DNA from: Candidatus Sungiibacteriota bacterium
GTDB taxonomy: Bacteria; Patescibacteriota; Minisyncoccia; Sungbacterales; HO2-52-23
Direction of reading: 5' to 3'
Length of the DNA: 64,000 bases
Assembly (NCBI GenBank): GCA_016180435.1
Contig: JACPBG010000001.1
Location: 8,358-72,357, forward strand
Part shown: one piece after another, positions 36,900 through 46,853 of the stretch
Layout: the number at the start of each line of letters is the position of its first letter
Numbering within the stretch: position 1 is the stretch's first letter
Program-made: the position numbers and the translations under genes
Notes under the pieces: model-generated
What the model saw: the letters and a program-made list of their open reading frames with translations, nothing else
Told to the model about the DNA's origin: nothing
Databases searched by the model: none

Positions 36900-36949
36900 T
36901 TTACGGCAGTAAAAAAAGCGTAATGGTGTGCTTTTTTTACTGCCGTAAA
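36900..36949. promoter_or_regulatory. Perfect 19-bp-stem hairpin TTACGGCAGTAAAAAAAGC-N10-GCTTTTTTTACTGCCGTAA in the divergent thiI/lipoprotein intergenic region
   Basis: Read directly; symmetric A/T runs make it look like a bidirectional terminator even though it sits between divergently transcribed genes. Confidence 0.5.
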
Positions 36950-36988
36950 CCCATGTGCGGCGGTAAAATTTAAAACAAGGAGGTATTT

Positions 36989-37837
36989 ATGGGACGAATA
37001 GTTCTTGTTATGGTTTTGGTTTTTTCTGTAGCCGGATTGTCTGGCTGTACGAAAAAAGATAAGTCGGCGACAGTTGAGCGGCCGAAAATTGGATCGGCTG
37101 AACGGCCGCAGGCATATCTTGAGCCGGCTACCGAAAGGGTGCCGGAGCAACGGACTCCGGTGTTGACTGCGGAGGAGAAAGAAAGGGAAGCGGCGGCCAA
37201 AAGAATGGCGGATATAAACGAAATTCGCACCCTGATTCAAGTTCTCAGGGGTGAACGAGATTTCAATACGCCAGTATCGACAGAACCGGCTTGGGTAACC
37301 GAGATGAAAACTGGCATTTCTCCGTCCGTATCTGCTTGCCGAGCATATGATCGCTATCAAAATGGCAGTATGGTAATTGGTGCGATGGAAAGGATCAATC
37401 CCCCAATTACTTCTATTGAAATTCCGGAGACCGAAAGCGGGGTTAGGACACTGGTTGCAAATGCCGGGCTCGCAGCTGCGCGTGAGTTACTCGCAGCTCT
37501 GCAAAAACCTTATCCTGTTATGACTTGCGGTCGTGGTGAGCGGTCATTCAACACTAATGATCCGCTGGTTGTTGCCAAAAATATAGCGGAGGTTTTGATG
37601 GAGATCGGCAAGGAACCAAGCGACATTGGTTTAAAAGGAGGGAGACTGCGGAAGGAAACTCTTTTAGCCGTGAAAGCTCGCCTTACAACGATCCGCAAAA
37701 TGATCGAAAACGGCGAAGCGAGCAAGTCCGATGGCGGCGGAGAGTTTAATTATCTCGCAAGCGACGCCGTTAAGAATTGGCATTTTACGCCGGGCGAGAT
37801 CGGCCTTACCAAAGAAGAGACCGCGCAGATTCGATAA
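36989..37837 (+). CDS. Lipoprotein of unknown function
   Basis: Lipobox VAGLSGC after an N-terminal hydrophobic segment. Confidence 0.5.
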   Translation: MGRIVLVMVLVFSVAGLSGCTKKDKSATVERPKIGSAERPQAYLEPATERVPEQRTPVLTAEEKEREAAAKRMADINEIRTLIQVLRGERDFNTPVSTEPAWVTEMKTGISPSVSACRAYDRYQNGSMVIGAMERINPPITSIEIPETESGVRTLVANAGLAAARELLAALQKPYPVMTCGRGERSFNTNDPLVVAKNIAEVLMEIGKEPSDIGLKGGRLRKETLLAVKARLTTIRKMIENGEASKSDGGGEFNYLASDAVKNWHFTPGEIGLTKEETAQIR

Positions 37838-37970
37838 CCGCCCCTAAATCCGCGCAGATCAAAGGCACGTGTGGCAGATTACCCACGTGCCTTTAAATTT
37901 ATAAAATTTTGTTGTTGACAAAATTCAGAGCAGACGTTATTATGCGGCTATAGTTCTTTGGGAGAAAACC

Positions 37971-38531
37971 ATGCCGATCCGGTTTAAATTGGAAAAGAAT
38001 AAAACACTAATGTTTCAAGAGGGTCCATGTGTCTTGCTGGAAGATACCGAGGGGCGCGGAATTTGGATGCCGGTGTTCATAGGACGATCAGAATTTGATT
38101 ATATCATATGGGCATTAAATGGGTTTGCCCCGCCGAGGCCTGTTATACACGACCTGTTTAAAACGGTCGTAGAGAAATTGGGAGGGGCGGTAGAAAAAGT
38201 TTTGGTGACCAAACTTGAGAATAACACTTTTTTTTCAGAACTGCACTTGCGAAAACCGGATGGGAGCGTGGTGCAAATTGATTCACGGACCAGCGATGCC
38301 ATTGCGCTTGCCCTGCGATTTGGATGTCCAATTTTGGTGGAGGAGGAAGTAGTCAATAATTTGTTGGAGGTTTCGGTGACAGAAACTAAAACCGGTGTTA
38401 CGCTGGCATATAACTCACAGGCGCCGGGCAATCTCGACTTGGAGTCCTTGCCAATGCACGACAAGGACGCAATGAAAAAATATTTTAAGCAAATCGGAAA
38501 TAAATCTCCTGATAAAGACAAACTATCATAA
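37971..38531 (+). CDS. Bifunctional nuclease domain (DUF151/BFN) protein
   Basis: GRGIWMPVFIG..E...I..A...RP..HDL...V: DUF151 pattern. Confidence 0.6.
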   Translation: MPIRFKLEKNKTLMFQEGPCVLLEDTEGRGIWMPVFIGRSEFDYIIWALNGFAPPRPVIHDLFKTVVEKLGGAVEKVLVTKLENNTFFSELHLRKPDGSVVQIDSRTSDAIALALRFGCPILVEEEVVNNLLEVSVTETKTGVTLAYNSQAPGNLDLESLPMHDKDAMKKYFKQIGNKSPDKDKLS

Positions 38532-38589
38532 AAAAACCGCCATTTTCGGCGGTATTTAATTATTCTTTTAAATAGAGTATGATATTTCT

Positions 38590-40143
38590 ATGCGAAAACT
38601 TCTTAAATTGAGATATATTTTACCTCCGGCTGTTATTTTGATTGCCGCAGGATTTTGGTATTTCCGCGGATCGGGCGAGCCGAAAATTGAATTTGTGGAG
38701 GCGCGGCGTATGGATATTTTTCAGGAAGTCAGCGTTACCGGCAAAGTAAATCCGGCCAAGACCTTGAATCTTTCTTTTGAAAAGCCCGGGCGGGCCGTAA
38801 ATGTTCCGGTTAAGGTGGGGGATCGGGTATCGCCGGGCACCTTGCTGGTAGCGCTTGATCGGGCATCGCTTCTGGCGGAATTGCGCGAAGTTGAGGCAGT
38901 ATATGAGATCGCAAAAATAAAACTTGATGAGGCGCGCCGCGGCATAAGGCCGGAGGAAATCAGAATTTATGAGGTTAAAGTTGCAAGTGCGGAACTTGCC
39001 GAGGAAGATGCGCGCCGGAATTTATTAAGCAAACTGGATGATTCATTCACCCGGGCGGATGATGCGGTGCGCGTTAAGACGGACCAATTTTTTATAAATT
39101 CGCGCAGCGCCAATCCGGAACTTATGTTCCGTTCCCCGAATTCTTCTCTGGAAACCTCAATAAAACAAGAACGGGTTGCACTGGAAGGTATTTTGAACGC
39201 ATGGAGCCAAGACGTGCCGCTATATTCATTGGGCGGCAATTTGGGAGCATATCATGATGAGGCCATTCAAAATTTGCAGCGTGTACGATCGTTTCTTGAT
39301 TCCGCCGCGTTATTGCTGAATTTACTGACTACCACGGCGTCATTGACTCAAACTGCGATTGACGGATATCGCACCGATGTATCAACGGCGCGCACTAACA
39401 TAAATACCGCGCTTTCTAATCTTGTGTCGGCTGTTGAAAAATTACGCAGCGCACAATCCGCCCTGGCAATTGCCGATCAGGAATTATTATTAAAGCAGGC
39501 CGGATCTACGCAGGAGCAAATCGCATCTGCCGAAGCCGAAACCCGGCGCGTTTCAGCTCAAGCCGATCGTCTGCGGGCAGAATTATCTAAATCGGAACTT
39601 TACTCTCCAATAATCGGAGTGGTAACCGATCTTGATATTGATATCGGTGAAATCGTTGCGGCAAATGTTCCGGTCATAACCTTGATTTCCGATGCGCAAT
39701 TTGAGATTGAGGCCAATATTCCGGAGGCGGATATTGCCAAAGTAAAAGTTTCGAGTTCTGTGAAAATAACGCTGGATGCTTATGGAAGCGGGATTGTTTT
39801 GGAAGGGAAGGTCGTATTTATTGATCCGGCTGAAACCGTGATTGATGGGGTCGCAACTTATAAAACCAAGATTGAATTTTTGAAGCCGGACGAACGGGTG
39901 CGTTCCGGCATGACCGCCAATCTTGATGTTTTCGGAGAACGCCGGAACGGGGTCATTGCCGTGCCGCAACGCGCGGTTTTTTCCCGCGTCTCGGAAAAAT
40001 TCGTACGGATACTTGAGGCCGACGGCAAAACAATCCGGGAACAAAAAGTTGAAACAGGCCTGCGCGGATCGGACGGGAATATTGAAATAGTATCAGGCCT
40101 TAATGAAGGGGAAAAAGTAGTTATATTTTCTCCGATCGATTAA
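38590..40143 (+). CDS. HlyD/MacA-family periplasmic adaptor (membrane fusion protein) with a long coiled coil
   Basis: N-terminal TM helix; biotinyl-lipoyl-like hairpin, about 250 aa of coiled coil, C-terminal beta-barrel region LTLISDAQFEIEANIPE. Confidence 0.7.
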   Translation: MRKLLKLRYILPPAVILIAAGFWYFRGSGEPKIEFVEARRMDIFQEVSVTGKVNPAKTLNLSFEKPGRAVNVPVKVGDRVSPGTLLVALDRASLLAELREVEAVYEIAKIKLDEARRGIRPEEIRIYEVKVASAELAEEDARRNLLSKLDDSFTRADDAVRVKTDQFFINSRSANPELMFRSPNSSLETSIKQERVALEGILNAWSQDVPLYSLGGNLGAYHDEAIQNLQRVRSFLDSAALLLNLLTTTASLTQTAIDGYRTDVSTARTNINTALSNLVSAVEKLRSAQSALAIADQELLLKQAGSTQEQIASAEAETRRVSAQADRLRAELSKSELYSPIIGVVTDLDIDIGEIVAANVPVITLISDAQFEIEANIPEADIAKVKVSSSVKITLDAYGSGIVLEGKVVFIDPAETVIDGVATYKTKIEFLKPDERVRSGMTANLDVFGERRNGVIAVPQRAVFSRVSEKFVRILEADGKTIREQKVETGLRGSDGNIEIVSGLNEGEKVVIFSPID

Positions 40144-40168
40144 GAATGGCTGGTTTTACCAAATATAA

Positions 40169-40209
40169 ATGTTCATCTTAAAAAGCGTACGCTCTTTAAG
40201 ATGAACATT
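40169..40209 (+). promoter_or_regulatory. Perfect 15-bp-stem hairpin AATGTTCATCTTAAA-(AAGCGTACGCT)-TTTAAGATGAACATT that contains the ATG start codon of the ABC ATPase gene in its 3' arm
   Basis: Read directly; the loop is itself the palindrome AGCGTACGCT. Confidence 0.6.
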
Positions 40210-40935
40210 TTAGATATGTCACTTATTGAGGTTTCAAATCTTGAAAAAACCTACATAAATGAAGGTGTTTCAACACCTGCACTCCAAGGGGTTTCTTTTC
40301 GCATAGAAAAAGGAGAATTCGTCGCGATTATGGGGCCGTCCGGCTCCGGAAAATCCACTTTACTGCATATTTTGGGATTTCTTGATCAGCCTACGGCCGG
40401 AGAATATCTTTTTGACGGCAAGTCCGCGGATGAATATTCGGAGGAGGATTTGGCGCGTATCCGAAATAAACGAATGGGATTTGTGTTTCAAGCGTTCAAC
40501 CTGCTTCCGCGAACAAGCATTTTGGAAAATGTAAAATTACCGCTCCTTTATTCAGATATTCCTGAATCGCGTTGGAGGAAGCTGGCGCAAAACGCGATTG
40601 AAGCAGTCGGCCTTTTGCACCGGATTGATCATGAATCATCCCGGTTGTCCGGCGGTGAAAAACAACGAGTTGCGATTGCGCGCGCGCTTGTGCTGAATCC
40701 CGATGTGATTTTTGCGGATGAACCCACCGGCAACCTTGATTCCAAATCCGGCAAAGTGATCATGGAAATTTTGCAAAAACTTCATGAAGAAAACGGCCAC
40801 ACCATAATTTTAATCACGCATGAAACATATACGGCGGAGCACGCCGGAAGAATTATTACCATGCGCGACGGCGAAATTGAAAGCGATAGAAAAGTTGAGA
40901 AAAGGCATGAGGCAAGAGACGGATTCCGTAAATAA
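40201..40935 (+). CDS. ABC transporter ATP-binding protein (MacB/LolD-type)
   Basis: Walker [10 protein letters not shown]; signature [15 protein letters not shown]; Walker [12 protein letters not shown]. Confidence 0.85.
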   Translation: MNILDMSLIEVSNLEKTYINEGVSTPALQGVSFRIEKGEFVAIMGPSGSGKSTLLHILGFLDQPTAGEYLFDGKSADEYSEEDLARIRNKRMGFVFQAFNLLPRTSILENVKLPLLYSDIPESRWRKLAQNAIEAVGLLHRIDHESSRLSGGEKQRVAIARALVLNPDVIFADEPTGNLDSKSGKVIMEILQKLHEENGHTIILITHETYTAEHAGRIITMRDGEIESDRKVEKRHEARDGFRK

Positions 40936-41038
40936 AAATCCTAATTGTTCTAATTAATCTAATTATTCTAATCAATTTATTATTAGAAATCGTGATCTGA
41001 TTAGGTCAATTAGAATAATTAGAAATTAGAATAATTTC
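40936..41038. repeat. Palindromic CTAATT/AATTAG-repeat spacer between the ABC ATPase and permease genes
   Basis: Left half has 3x CTAATT; right half has 3x AATTAG arranged as an inverted repeat. Confidence 0.6.
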
Positions 41039-42277
41039 ATGACCTTTCTCCATACATTCAAAACATCCTTGGTGGGTTTGAAAACTCACCGTATGCGTTC
41101 AACCCTCACAATCCTTGGGGTGGTTATCGGCATTGCCTCTATTATTGCAGTCGTATCCATAGGTAGCGGCGCGCAGGAACTGATTCTGGGGCAAATCCAG
41201 GGACTTGGGTCAAAAACCATTGCGGTAATTCCGGGACGTGAACCAAGCGGTCCGTCGGATTTTGCGCAGATATTCAGCAATTCGCTTACGGAGCGGGATT
41301 TGGATGCGCTTAAGCGCAAAGAGAACGTTCCGACCGCCAGCCGTATTATGCCGGTGGTATTCGGGTCGGAAACCGCATCTTTTGGAAATGAAACATTTCG
41401 GCCTACAATTTTTGGCGGTTCTGATCTACTTGCACAAATTTTCGATCTTTACCCGGAACGCGGACTCTTTTTCACGGATGATGATGTTCGGGCGCGAGCC
41501 GAGGTGGTTGTCATAGGATCGAAAGTCAAGGAGGAGCTTTTTGGAGAATCGGATGCGATCGGAGAGCGCATAAAAATTAAAGGCAAAAATTACCGTGTGA
41601 TCGGCATTTTATCTGCCAAAGGCCAGGTATCGTTTTTTAACTTTGACGAAATGGCCATGATGCCCTATACCACGGCTCAGCAGTATATTTTCGGCATTAA
41701 ATACTTTCATCGTTTTATAATTGAAGCGCAATCGGATGGAGTTATCGGTCGGACCGTGCGTGATATTGAGGCAACGCTGCGAGAAAATCATGGTATAACC
41801 GATCCGGAAAAGGATGATTTCTTTGTACAGGCGCAGTCCGATATTGCTTCGCGCCTAGGAACTATTACCGACGTATTAACCCTATTCTTGGTGGCAATCG
41901 CCGCAATTTCTTTGGCGGTGGGAGGAATCGGCATCATGAATATAATGCTTGTATCCGTAACCGAGCGTACGCGGGAGATTGGACTTCGCAAAGCGCTTGG
42001 AGCAACGCGCCGCGATATTCTTGCACAATTTTTAACCGAGGCCATTATTTTAACCGGGGTCGGCGGTGTAATTGGGATTTTGGGCGGCGCCAGCATTTCT
42101 CTTGCCGCGTCTATCGCATTGTCCGCGTTTTTATCGCTGGGATGGACATTTTCTTTTCCAATGTCCGCGGCTCTTATCGGTTTTGCGGTATCCTGCGGCG
42201 TGGGACTTGTTTTCGGACTTTACCCGGCGCGCAAAGCCGCGGGACTAAATCCAATAGACGCGTTACGCTATGAATAG
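41039..42277 (+). CDS. ABC transporter permease, FtsX/MacB-like
   Basis: N-terminal TM, large periplasmic domain, C-terminal three TM helices with the FtsX-like motif ERTREIGLRKALGA. Confidence 0.8.
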   Translation: MTFLHTFKTSLVGLKTHRMRSTLTILGVVIGIASIIAVVSIGSGAQELILGQIQGLGSKTIAVIPGREPSGPSDFAQIFSNSLTERDLDALKRKENVPTASRIMPVVFGSETASFGNETFRPTIFGGSDLLAQIFDLYPERGLFFTDDDVRARAEVVVIGSKVKEELFGESDAIGERIKIKGKNYRVIGILSAKGQVSFFNFDEMAMMPYTTAQQYIFGIKYFHRFIIEAQSDGVIGRTVRDIEATLRENHGITDPEKDDFFVQAQSDIASRLGTITDVLTLFLVAIAAISLAVGGIGIMNIMLVSVTERTREIGLRKALGATRRDILAQFLTEAIILTGVGGVIGILGGASISLAASIALSAFLSLGWTFSFPMSAALIGFAVSCGVGLVFGLYPARKAAGLNPIDALRYE

Positions 42278-42389
42278 GATAAAGTAAACCCCTCATCTAT
42301 TAGGAACATTTCAATATTCTGCCTAAAGCCCGTTGGCTCGGCCAATTAGGGAAGAATGTTGGAATATTTACGGCGTATGATATTTTACT

Positions 42390-43526
42390 ATGATTGAATT
42401 TGAAATTCTTAAAAAATCTAGGATAAGCGATGCGCGGCTTGGAATTTTGAAAACGCAGCACGGAGAAGTTGAAACCCCGGCCTTTGTTCCGGTGGCAAGC
42501 CAGGCCTCAGTCAAAACATTAACCAGCCGCGAAGCGGAAGATGCGGGATGCCGGATTTTAATTGCCAATACATTTTTATTGCATGACAGGCCGGGTGAGG
42601 GGATTGTGAAGCGTGCCGGAGGACTGCATAATTTTATGCAATGGCCCCGGCCTTTGATGACTGATTCGGGCGGGTTTCAGGTTTTCAGTTTGGGATTTGG
42701 CAAGGATTTGGGAATTGGTAAAATTGCGGCGCGTAATACATCCCCGCATATTAAAAAAGGCGTAAACCCTGCGGCTGTTAAAATAGCGGATGACGGCGCG
42801 TATTTTAAGTCGCCTTTTGACGGTAAGACCATATTTTTGGGACCCCAAGAGTCCATGAAAATTCAAGGCGATCTCGGGGCAGACATTATTTTTGCGTTTG
42901 ACGAGTGTACTCCGCCCGGGGTGGATCGCGCCTACATGGAACGGTCGTTAAAACGCACACACGCTTGGGCAAAAATATGTTTGGAGGAGAAAAAAGAAAA
43001 TCAGGCGATTTTTGGCATAACTCAAGGTTCGAAATTTAGGGATTTGCGCGAGAAAAGTGCGAAGTTCATCAGCTCTTTGCCATTTGATGGATTCGGCATA
43101 GGCGGGGATTTAGGCGAAAATAAACATATGACCGAAAAAATACTTTTTTGGACCATGAGGCATCTTAATCCCCGAAAACCAAGGCATCTTTTGGGAATCG
43201 GGCATTTGGACGATATAGCGCGCATAATCCGTCGCGGAATTGATCTTTTTGATTGCACGGCGCCAACGCATTATGCGAGGAATGGCGTGGCATTCACAAG
43301 CGCCGGAAAAATGGATATGCGTAAATCCGCATTTCTTAAGGATAAAAAACCGCTTGATTTGAAATGCAAATGCGAGGTGTGCGGCACATATTCTCGTTCA
43401 TATCTTTCGCATTTGGTACGCTCCGGAGAAATTACCGGTCTGCGTCATTTGACATTCCACAACCTTTTTTATTTCAACGCGTTTGTCACGGGAATCAGAA
43501 AAAAAATAAAAAACGGAACATTTTGA
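42390..43526 (+). CDS. tgt: Queuine tRNA-ribosyltransferase
   Basis: LMTDSGGFQVFSLG; zinc site CKCEVCGTYSRSYLSHL. Confidence 0.85.
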   Translation: MIEFEILKKSRISDARLGILKTQHGEVETPAFVPVASQASVKTLTSREAEDAGCRILIANTFLLHDRPGEGIVKRAGGLHNFMQWPRPLMTDSGGFQVFSLGFGKDLGIGKIAARNTSPHIKKGVNPAAVKIADDGAYFKSPFDGKTIFLGPQESMKIQGDLGADIIFAFDECTPPGVDRAYMERSLKRTHAWAKICLEEKKENQAIFGITQGSKFRDLREKSAKFISSLPFDGFGIGGDLGENKHMTEKILFWTMRHLNPRKPRHLLGIGHLDDIARIIRRGIDLFDCTAPTHYARNGVAFTSAGKMDMRKSAFLKDKKPLDLKCKCEVCGTYSRSYLSHLVRSGEITGLRHLTFHNLFYFNAFVTGIRKKIKNGTF

Positions 43527-43578
43527 TATTTTAATAAGAAATTTTACTATTCTCAAATTCTCAAGAATTTGAGAATAG

Positions 43579-44157
43579 ATGTGCGATATGAAATTACAAT
43601 TTAAGCATTATTTGATCATCGGTTTCGCGCTTATTGCCGTGCATGCCCTGATTTTATATTTCATGGGCCAGGTATTGATCTGCAAATGCGGATATATAAA
43701 ATTATGGCACGGTATTACATATAGTTCGGAAAATTCACAGCATCTCGCGGATTGGTACACTTTTTCACATATAATTCATGGCTTTGCGTTTTATTGGATC
43801 ACACGGCTTCTGGGCCGCAAACGCGGGTGGTCCATGGGTTTGATGCTGGTTTTGGCGCTTGTTGCCGAAATTTCCTGGGAGATATTTGAAAATACAGATT
43901 TTATCATCAATCGCTATCGTGAAGTTACCATTTCGCTTGATTATTACGGAGACAGCGTAATAAATTCGGTTTTTGACGTGCTTTTTATGACGCTGGGTTT
44001 TGGTATGGCGGCATTTCTTCCGGTATGGAGCATTGTTGCGCTTACGATTTTACTTGAGATCTTTGTCGGTTACTTCATCCGTGACAACTTAACCCTCAAT
44101 ATTATTATGCTTTTATATCCCATGGACTGGATTTTGCGGTGGCAACAGGGAGGGTGA
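43579..44157 (+). CDS. DUF2585 (UPF0314)-like membrane protein
   Basis: SENSQHLADWYTFSHIIHGF motif; four TM helices. Confidence 0.45.
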   Translation: MCDMKLQFKHYLIIGFALIAVHALILYFMGQVLICKCGYIKLWHGITYSSENSQHLADWYTFSHIIHGFAFYWITRLLGRKRGWSMGLMLVLALVAEISWEIFENTDFIINRYREVTISLDYYGDSVINSVFDVLFMTLGFGMAAFLPVWSIVALTILLEIFVGYFIRDNLTLNIIMLLYPMDWILRWQQGG

Positions 44158-44163
44158 ACTGAA

Positions 44164-44390
44164 AAACTCGGTGCCATGCGTTTTTTAACAGGCTTCGGCG
44201 GCTCCAGCGGCCGCCTGCAGGGTCGGGCGAAACGCCGAGCACTCAATTTATTTATAGACAGATATTCTTTGAGCTTGTCGAAAAGTTACCTTAGAAAATG
44301 TCTGTGAAAGTACTTCTTGAGTGCCCGGACCAAGCCATTTCGCCCTTCCATTGTTAAAAAACGCACGACACCGAGTTTTTAGTAATAGAA
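44164..44390. repeat. Family A structured repeat, long variant, copy A5, with a central D-type module
   Basis: AAAACTCGGTG...GCGTTTTTTAACA / TGTTAAAAAACGC...CACCGAGTTTT outer inverted repeat; GCAGGGTCGGGCGAAACGCCGAGCACTC; GAGTGCCCGGACC...CCTTCCATTGT; central TTTGAGCTTGTCGAAAAGTTACCTTAG. Confidence 0.7.
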
Positions 44391-44467
44391 AATATGGAGT
44401 TTTCTTGATGTAGCGCTATTTTGACAGTTTGGGTCGCTTTATGTTATGCCAAGCATAGGCATGTAGT

Positions 44468-45655
44468 TTGTTTTTTAAAAAAAGGAGCATAATTATGCGG
44501 GGTATTGATAAGGCCTACTGCAATGCTGCAATCAAGGCGGTTTTGGGGGGATATCGTGCGTTTATGCAAACAGGAGTGGGCGAGTTGTTACAGCCGGTCA
44601 CGACCTACGGCAAGGGAGATACATTGGGACTTGACGCGGTGCCTGAAATAGCGATTGTATCGCATCTCGAAGAATTTGACGATCTTGCAATCATTGTTAC
44701 TGAGGAGCGAGGAACGCGGGAGAAAGTTCACTTTGTAAATGCCAGCGATCCAAAAAGGTTTTCTACCGTGTTTTTAAGCGATCCATTCGATCGTTCCAAT
44801 GCCATGCAAAAGTTTCTTGCACGGATAAAGGATGGACAACGTCTTGCGCAAGATGTTTTTGCCGAGGCATGCATGCGCCAACAATGGGAGCAGACGTTTG
44901 GATCGCCGGCGGGGGTTACCGGAGCTTGTTCTGCCATTACTTGTATTCGCGGAGGCATACCTGTTTTTGCTGTTATAGTGAATTTTGTGACGCAGGAATT
45001 GTTTGTCGCATGCGGCGCCGGCACCCGACGTTTCGATGTTAAGGACGGATCTTTGTCGCCGACGCTCAATGATGTATTGGCATTAGGCCAGAAGATTTAT
45101 TTTGATGGAAATTATGGATTGGACCGCAATAGTATGAAGCGGTTTGTTACTTTTTTAGGCAAGAGCGGATATCGCGAGAATTTTAATCAGTCATCGCTTC
45201 ATAATAATGAATGCCTGGACAAATATCTGCATTATGATCAGCCTGGAGGACCGTTGCGGCCGCTATATCTTTCACGGGATCTATATACGGAACAGCCGTC
45301 GGTAGGATTTATTCTTGCTAACGGCGAGAAAATCGGTGAATGGATTCATTGGCTTCCGTTTGTGCAGTATGCGCATCTGGAGCATGATCAAAGCGAATGC
45401 GCATTGCGCATCTACGAAGTTCATCAGGAGCGACCCATGATGAAAGATGGAGTTTTGATGGCGACCGGCGGTGCTTATAGTGTTTTTAAGCCCATCGATC
45501 CGCAACAAGATGATGTGGTGACGCTGGATGTGGCAAGCTTTGCCCATTTTCCGAATCCATCTCGTATTCGTGCTACCCTTATTGTTTCACCACGCGACAA
45601 TGAGTGGGTAAAGGGTGTTGTGACGCGACAAGGGTTCCGGGAGGTGCGGTTTTAG
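44468..45655 (+). CDS. Hypothetical protein, possibly in the inositol-monophosphatase/FBPase-like superfamily
   Basis: Degenerate DPxDxS motif FLSDPFDRSNA; otherwise no assignment. Confidence 0.3.
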   Translation: MFFKKRSIIMRGIDKAYCNAAIKAVLGGYRAFMQTGVGELLQPVTTYGKGDTLGLDAVPEIAIVSHLEEFDDLAIIVTEERGTREKVHFVNASDPKRFSTVFLSDPFDRSNAMQKFLARIKDGQRLAQDVFAEACMRQQWEQTFGSPAGVTGACSAITCIRGGIPVFAVIVNFVTQELFVACGAGTRRFDVKDGSLSPTLNDVLALGQKIYFDGNYGLDRNSMKRFVTFLGKSGYRENFNQSSLHNNECLDKYLHYDQPGGPLRPLYLSRDLYTEQPSVGFILANGEKIGEWIHWLPFVQYAHLEHDQSECALRIYEVHQERPMMKDGVLMATGGAYSVFKPIDPQQDDVVTLDVASFAHFPNPSRIRATLIVSPRDNEWVKGVVTRQGFREVRF

Positions 45656-45828
45656 ATTGGCGTTATCTGTGTATTGTTATATGCCGGCTCATTCCGTAGT
45701 AGATTATATTTCCCGCATGCTCTCGTGCGGGTTTTTTCTCATTATTTATCGTGTGAATAACTAAGTCGCGGGAAGACGAATTTATGGTATAATAGAAAAG
45801 GTCGTAATATTTAACTCATTTAGATACT

Positions 45829-46701
45829 ATGCCACAACAATCTGCCAATAGCCTTATTTCAACATTTATTACGCTTACTCTGATACTTGGTTTTGCGGGT
45901 TACAGTTTGGTAAATCTTGAAATTGTTTCCGGAGTAACACTTGTAGTGTGGCTTTTTCTTTTGCTGGCCGTAATTTTACTGCTATCGGGCCTTAAAATCG
46001 TGGATCAGTATGAGCGGGGAGTGGTGTTAACGCTTGGAAAATATACGAGCACGCGCCAGCCCGGCCTTACCTGGGTTTTAATCGGCGTACAGCGGATGAT
46101 GAAAATTGATATGCGGATTACCACGATTGACATCCCTCAACAGGAAGTAATTACCAGAGACAATGTGCCGGTTGGAATTAACGCGGTGGTTTATTTTAAT
46201 ATTGAATCCGCGGAGAATGCGATCTTGAATATCCAGGATTACACTACGGCCGTATCCAATTATGCGCAGGCGGTATTACGTGATGTTATCGGCGGGATTG
46301 AACTTGATTCACTGCTTTCGGAACGGGAAAAAACCGCCCAAGACATTAAAAAAATAGTGGATGAGGCAACCAAGGTCTGGGGCTTGAATGTGACGGATGT
46401 AAAAATTCAGGACATTGAACTTCCGGCTGACATGAAGCGGGTTATGGCCAAACAAGCGGAATCCGAACGGGAGCGGCGCGCCGTTATTATCCGTGCCGAA
46501 GGAGAATATACGGCTGCGGAACGGCTCGCGCAAGCGGCCGAGCGATTAAGCGCAATTCCGGGCGGCCTTTCCATGAGAACTCTACAGACAATTGAAAAAA
46601 TAAATCCTGATCCATCTAAAACCGTCATCTTCGCGCTTCCCATAGAATTTTTTGAGGGAATTAAATCGCTCTCGCAATTTCTTAAAGATAAAACCAAATA
46701 G
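45829..46701 (+). CDS. SPFH/Band-7 (stomatin/prohibitin-like) membrane protein
   Basis: VDQYERGVVLTLGKY...ITRDNVPVGINAVVYF...VLRDVIG; N-terminal TM helix. Confidence 0.8.
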   Translation: MPQQSANSLISTFITLTLILGFAGYSLVNLEIVSGVTLVVWLFLLLAVILLLSGLKIVDQYERGVVLTLGKYTSTRQPGLTWVLIGVQRMMKIDMRITTIDIPQQEVITRDNVPVGINAVVYFNIESAENAILNIQDYTTAVSNYAQAVLRDVIGGIELDSLLSEREKTAQDIKKIVDEATKVWGLNVTDVKIQDIELPADMKRVMAKQAESERERRAVIIRAEGEYTAAERLAQAAERLSAIPGGLSMRTLQTIEKINPDPSKTVIFALPIEFFEGIKSLSQFLKDKTK

Positions 46702-46712
46702 AGAGCGTGATA

Positions 46713-46742
46713 AAAAATCGCGGGTTTCCGCGATTTTTTATA
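46713..46742 (+). terminator. Rho-independent terminator AAAAAATCGCGG-GTTT-CCGCGATTTTTT
   Basis: Perfect stem plus a T-run. Confidence 0.75.
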
Positions 46743-46767
46743 ATCCCTGCTGGAGGCCCATGTGCGG

Positions 46768-46795
46768 TTGACTTTTTATCGTTTTTTGATATAAT
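46768..46795 (+). promoter_or_regulatory. Sigma70-like promoter TTGACT-N16-TATAAT with an extended -10 TG
   Basis: Read directly upstream of the radical SAM gene. Confidence 0.55.
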
Positions 46796-46853
46796 AGGCA
46801 CATAAATTTTCGTTCTTTGACTTATATCCGATTAGTAAAAAGGGGCAAAAAAT

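Noticed and set aside
43547-43578. Shared loop motif TTCTCAAGAAT in the hairpins at 43547-43578 and 49553-49592, considered as a common protein-binding site
   Set aside because: There are only two occurrences, and both are adequately explained as AT-rich intrinsic terminators or hairpins. The shared 11-mer may be coincidental.
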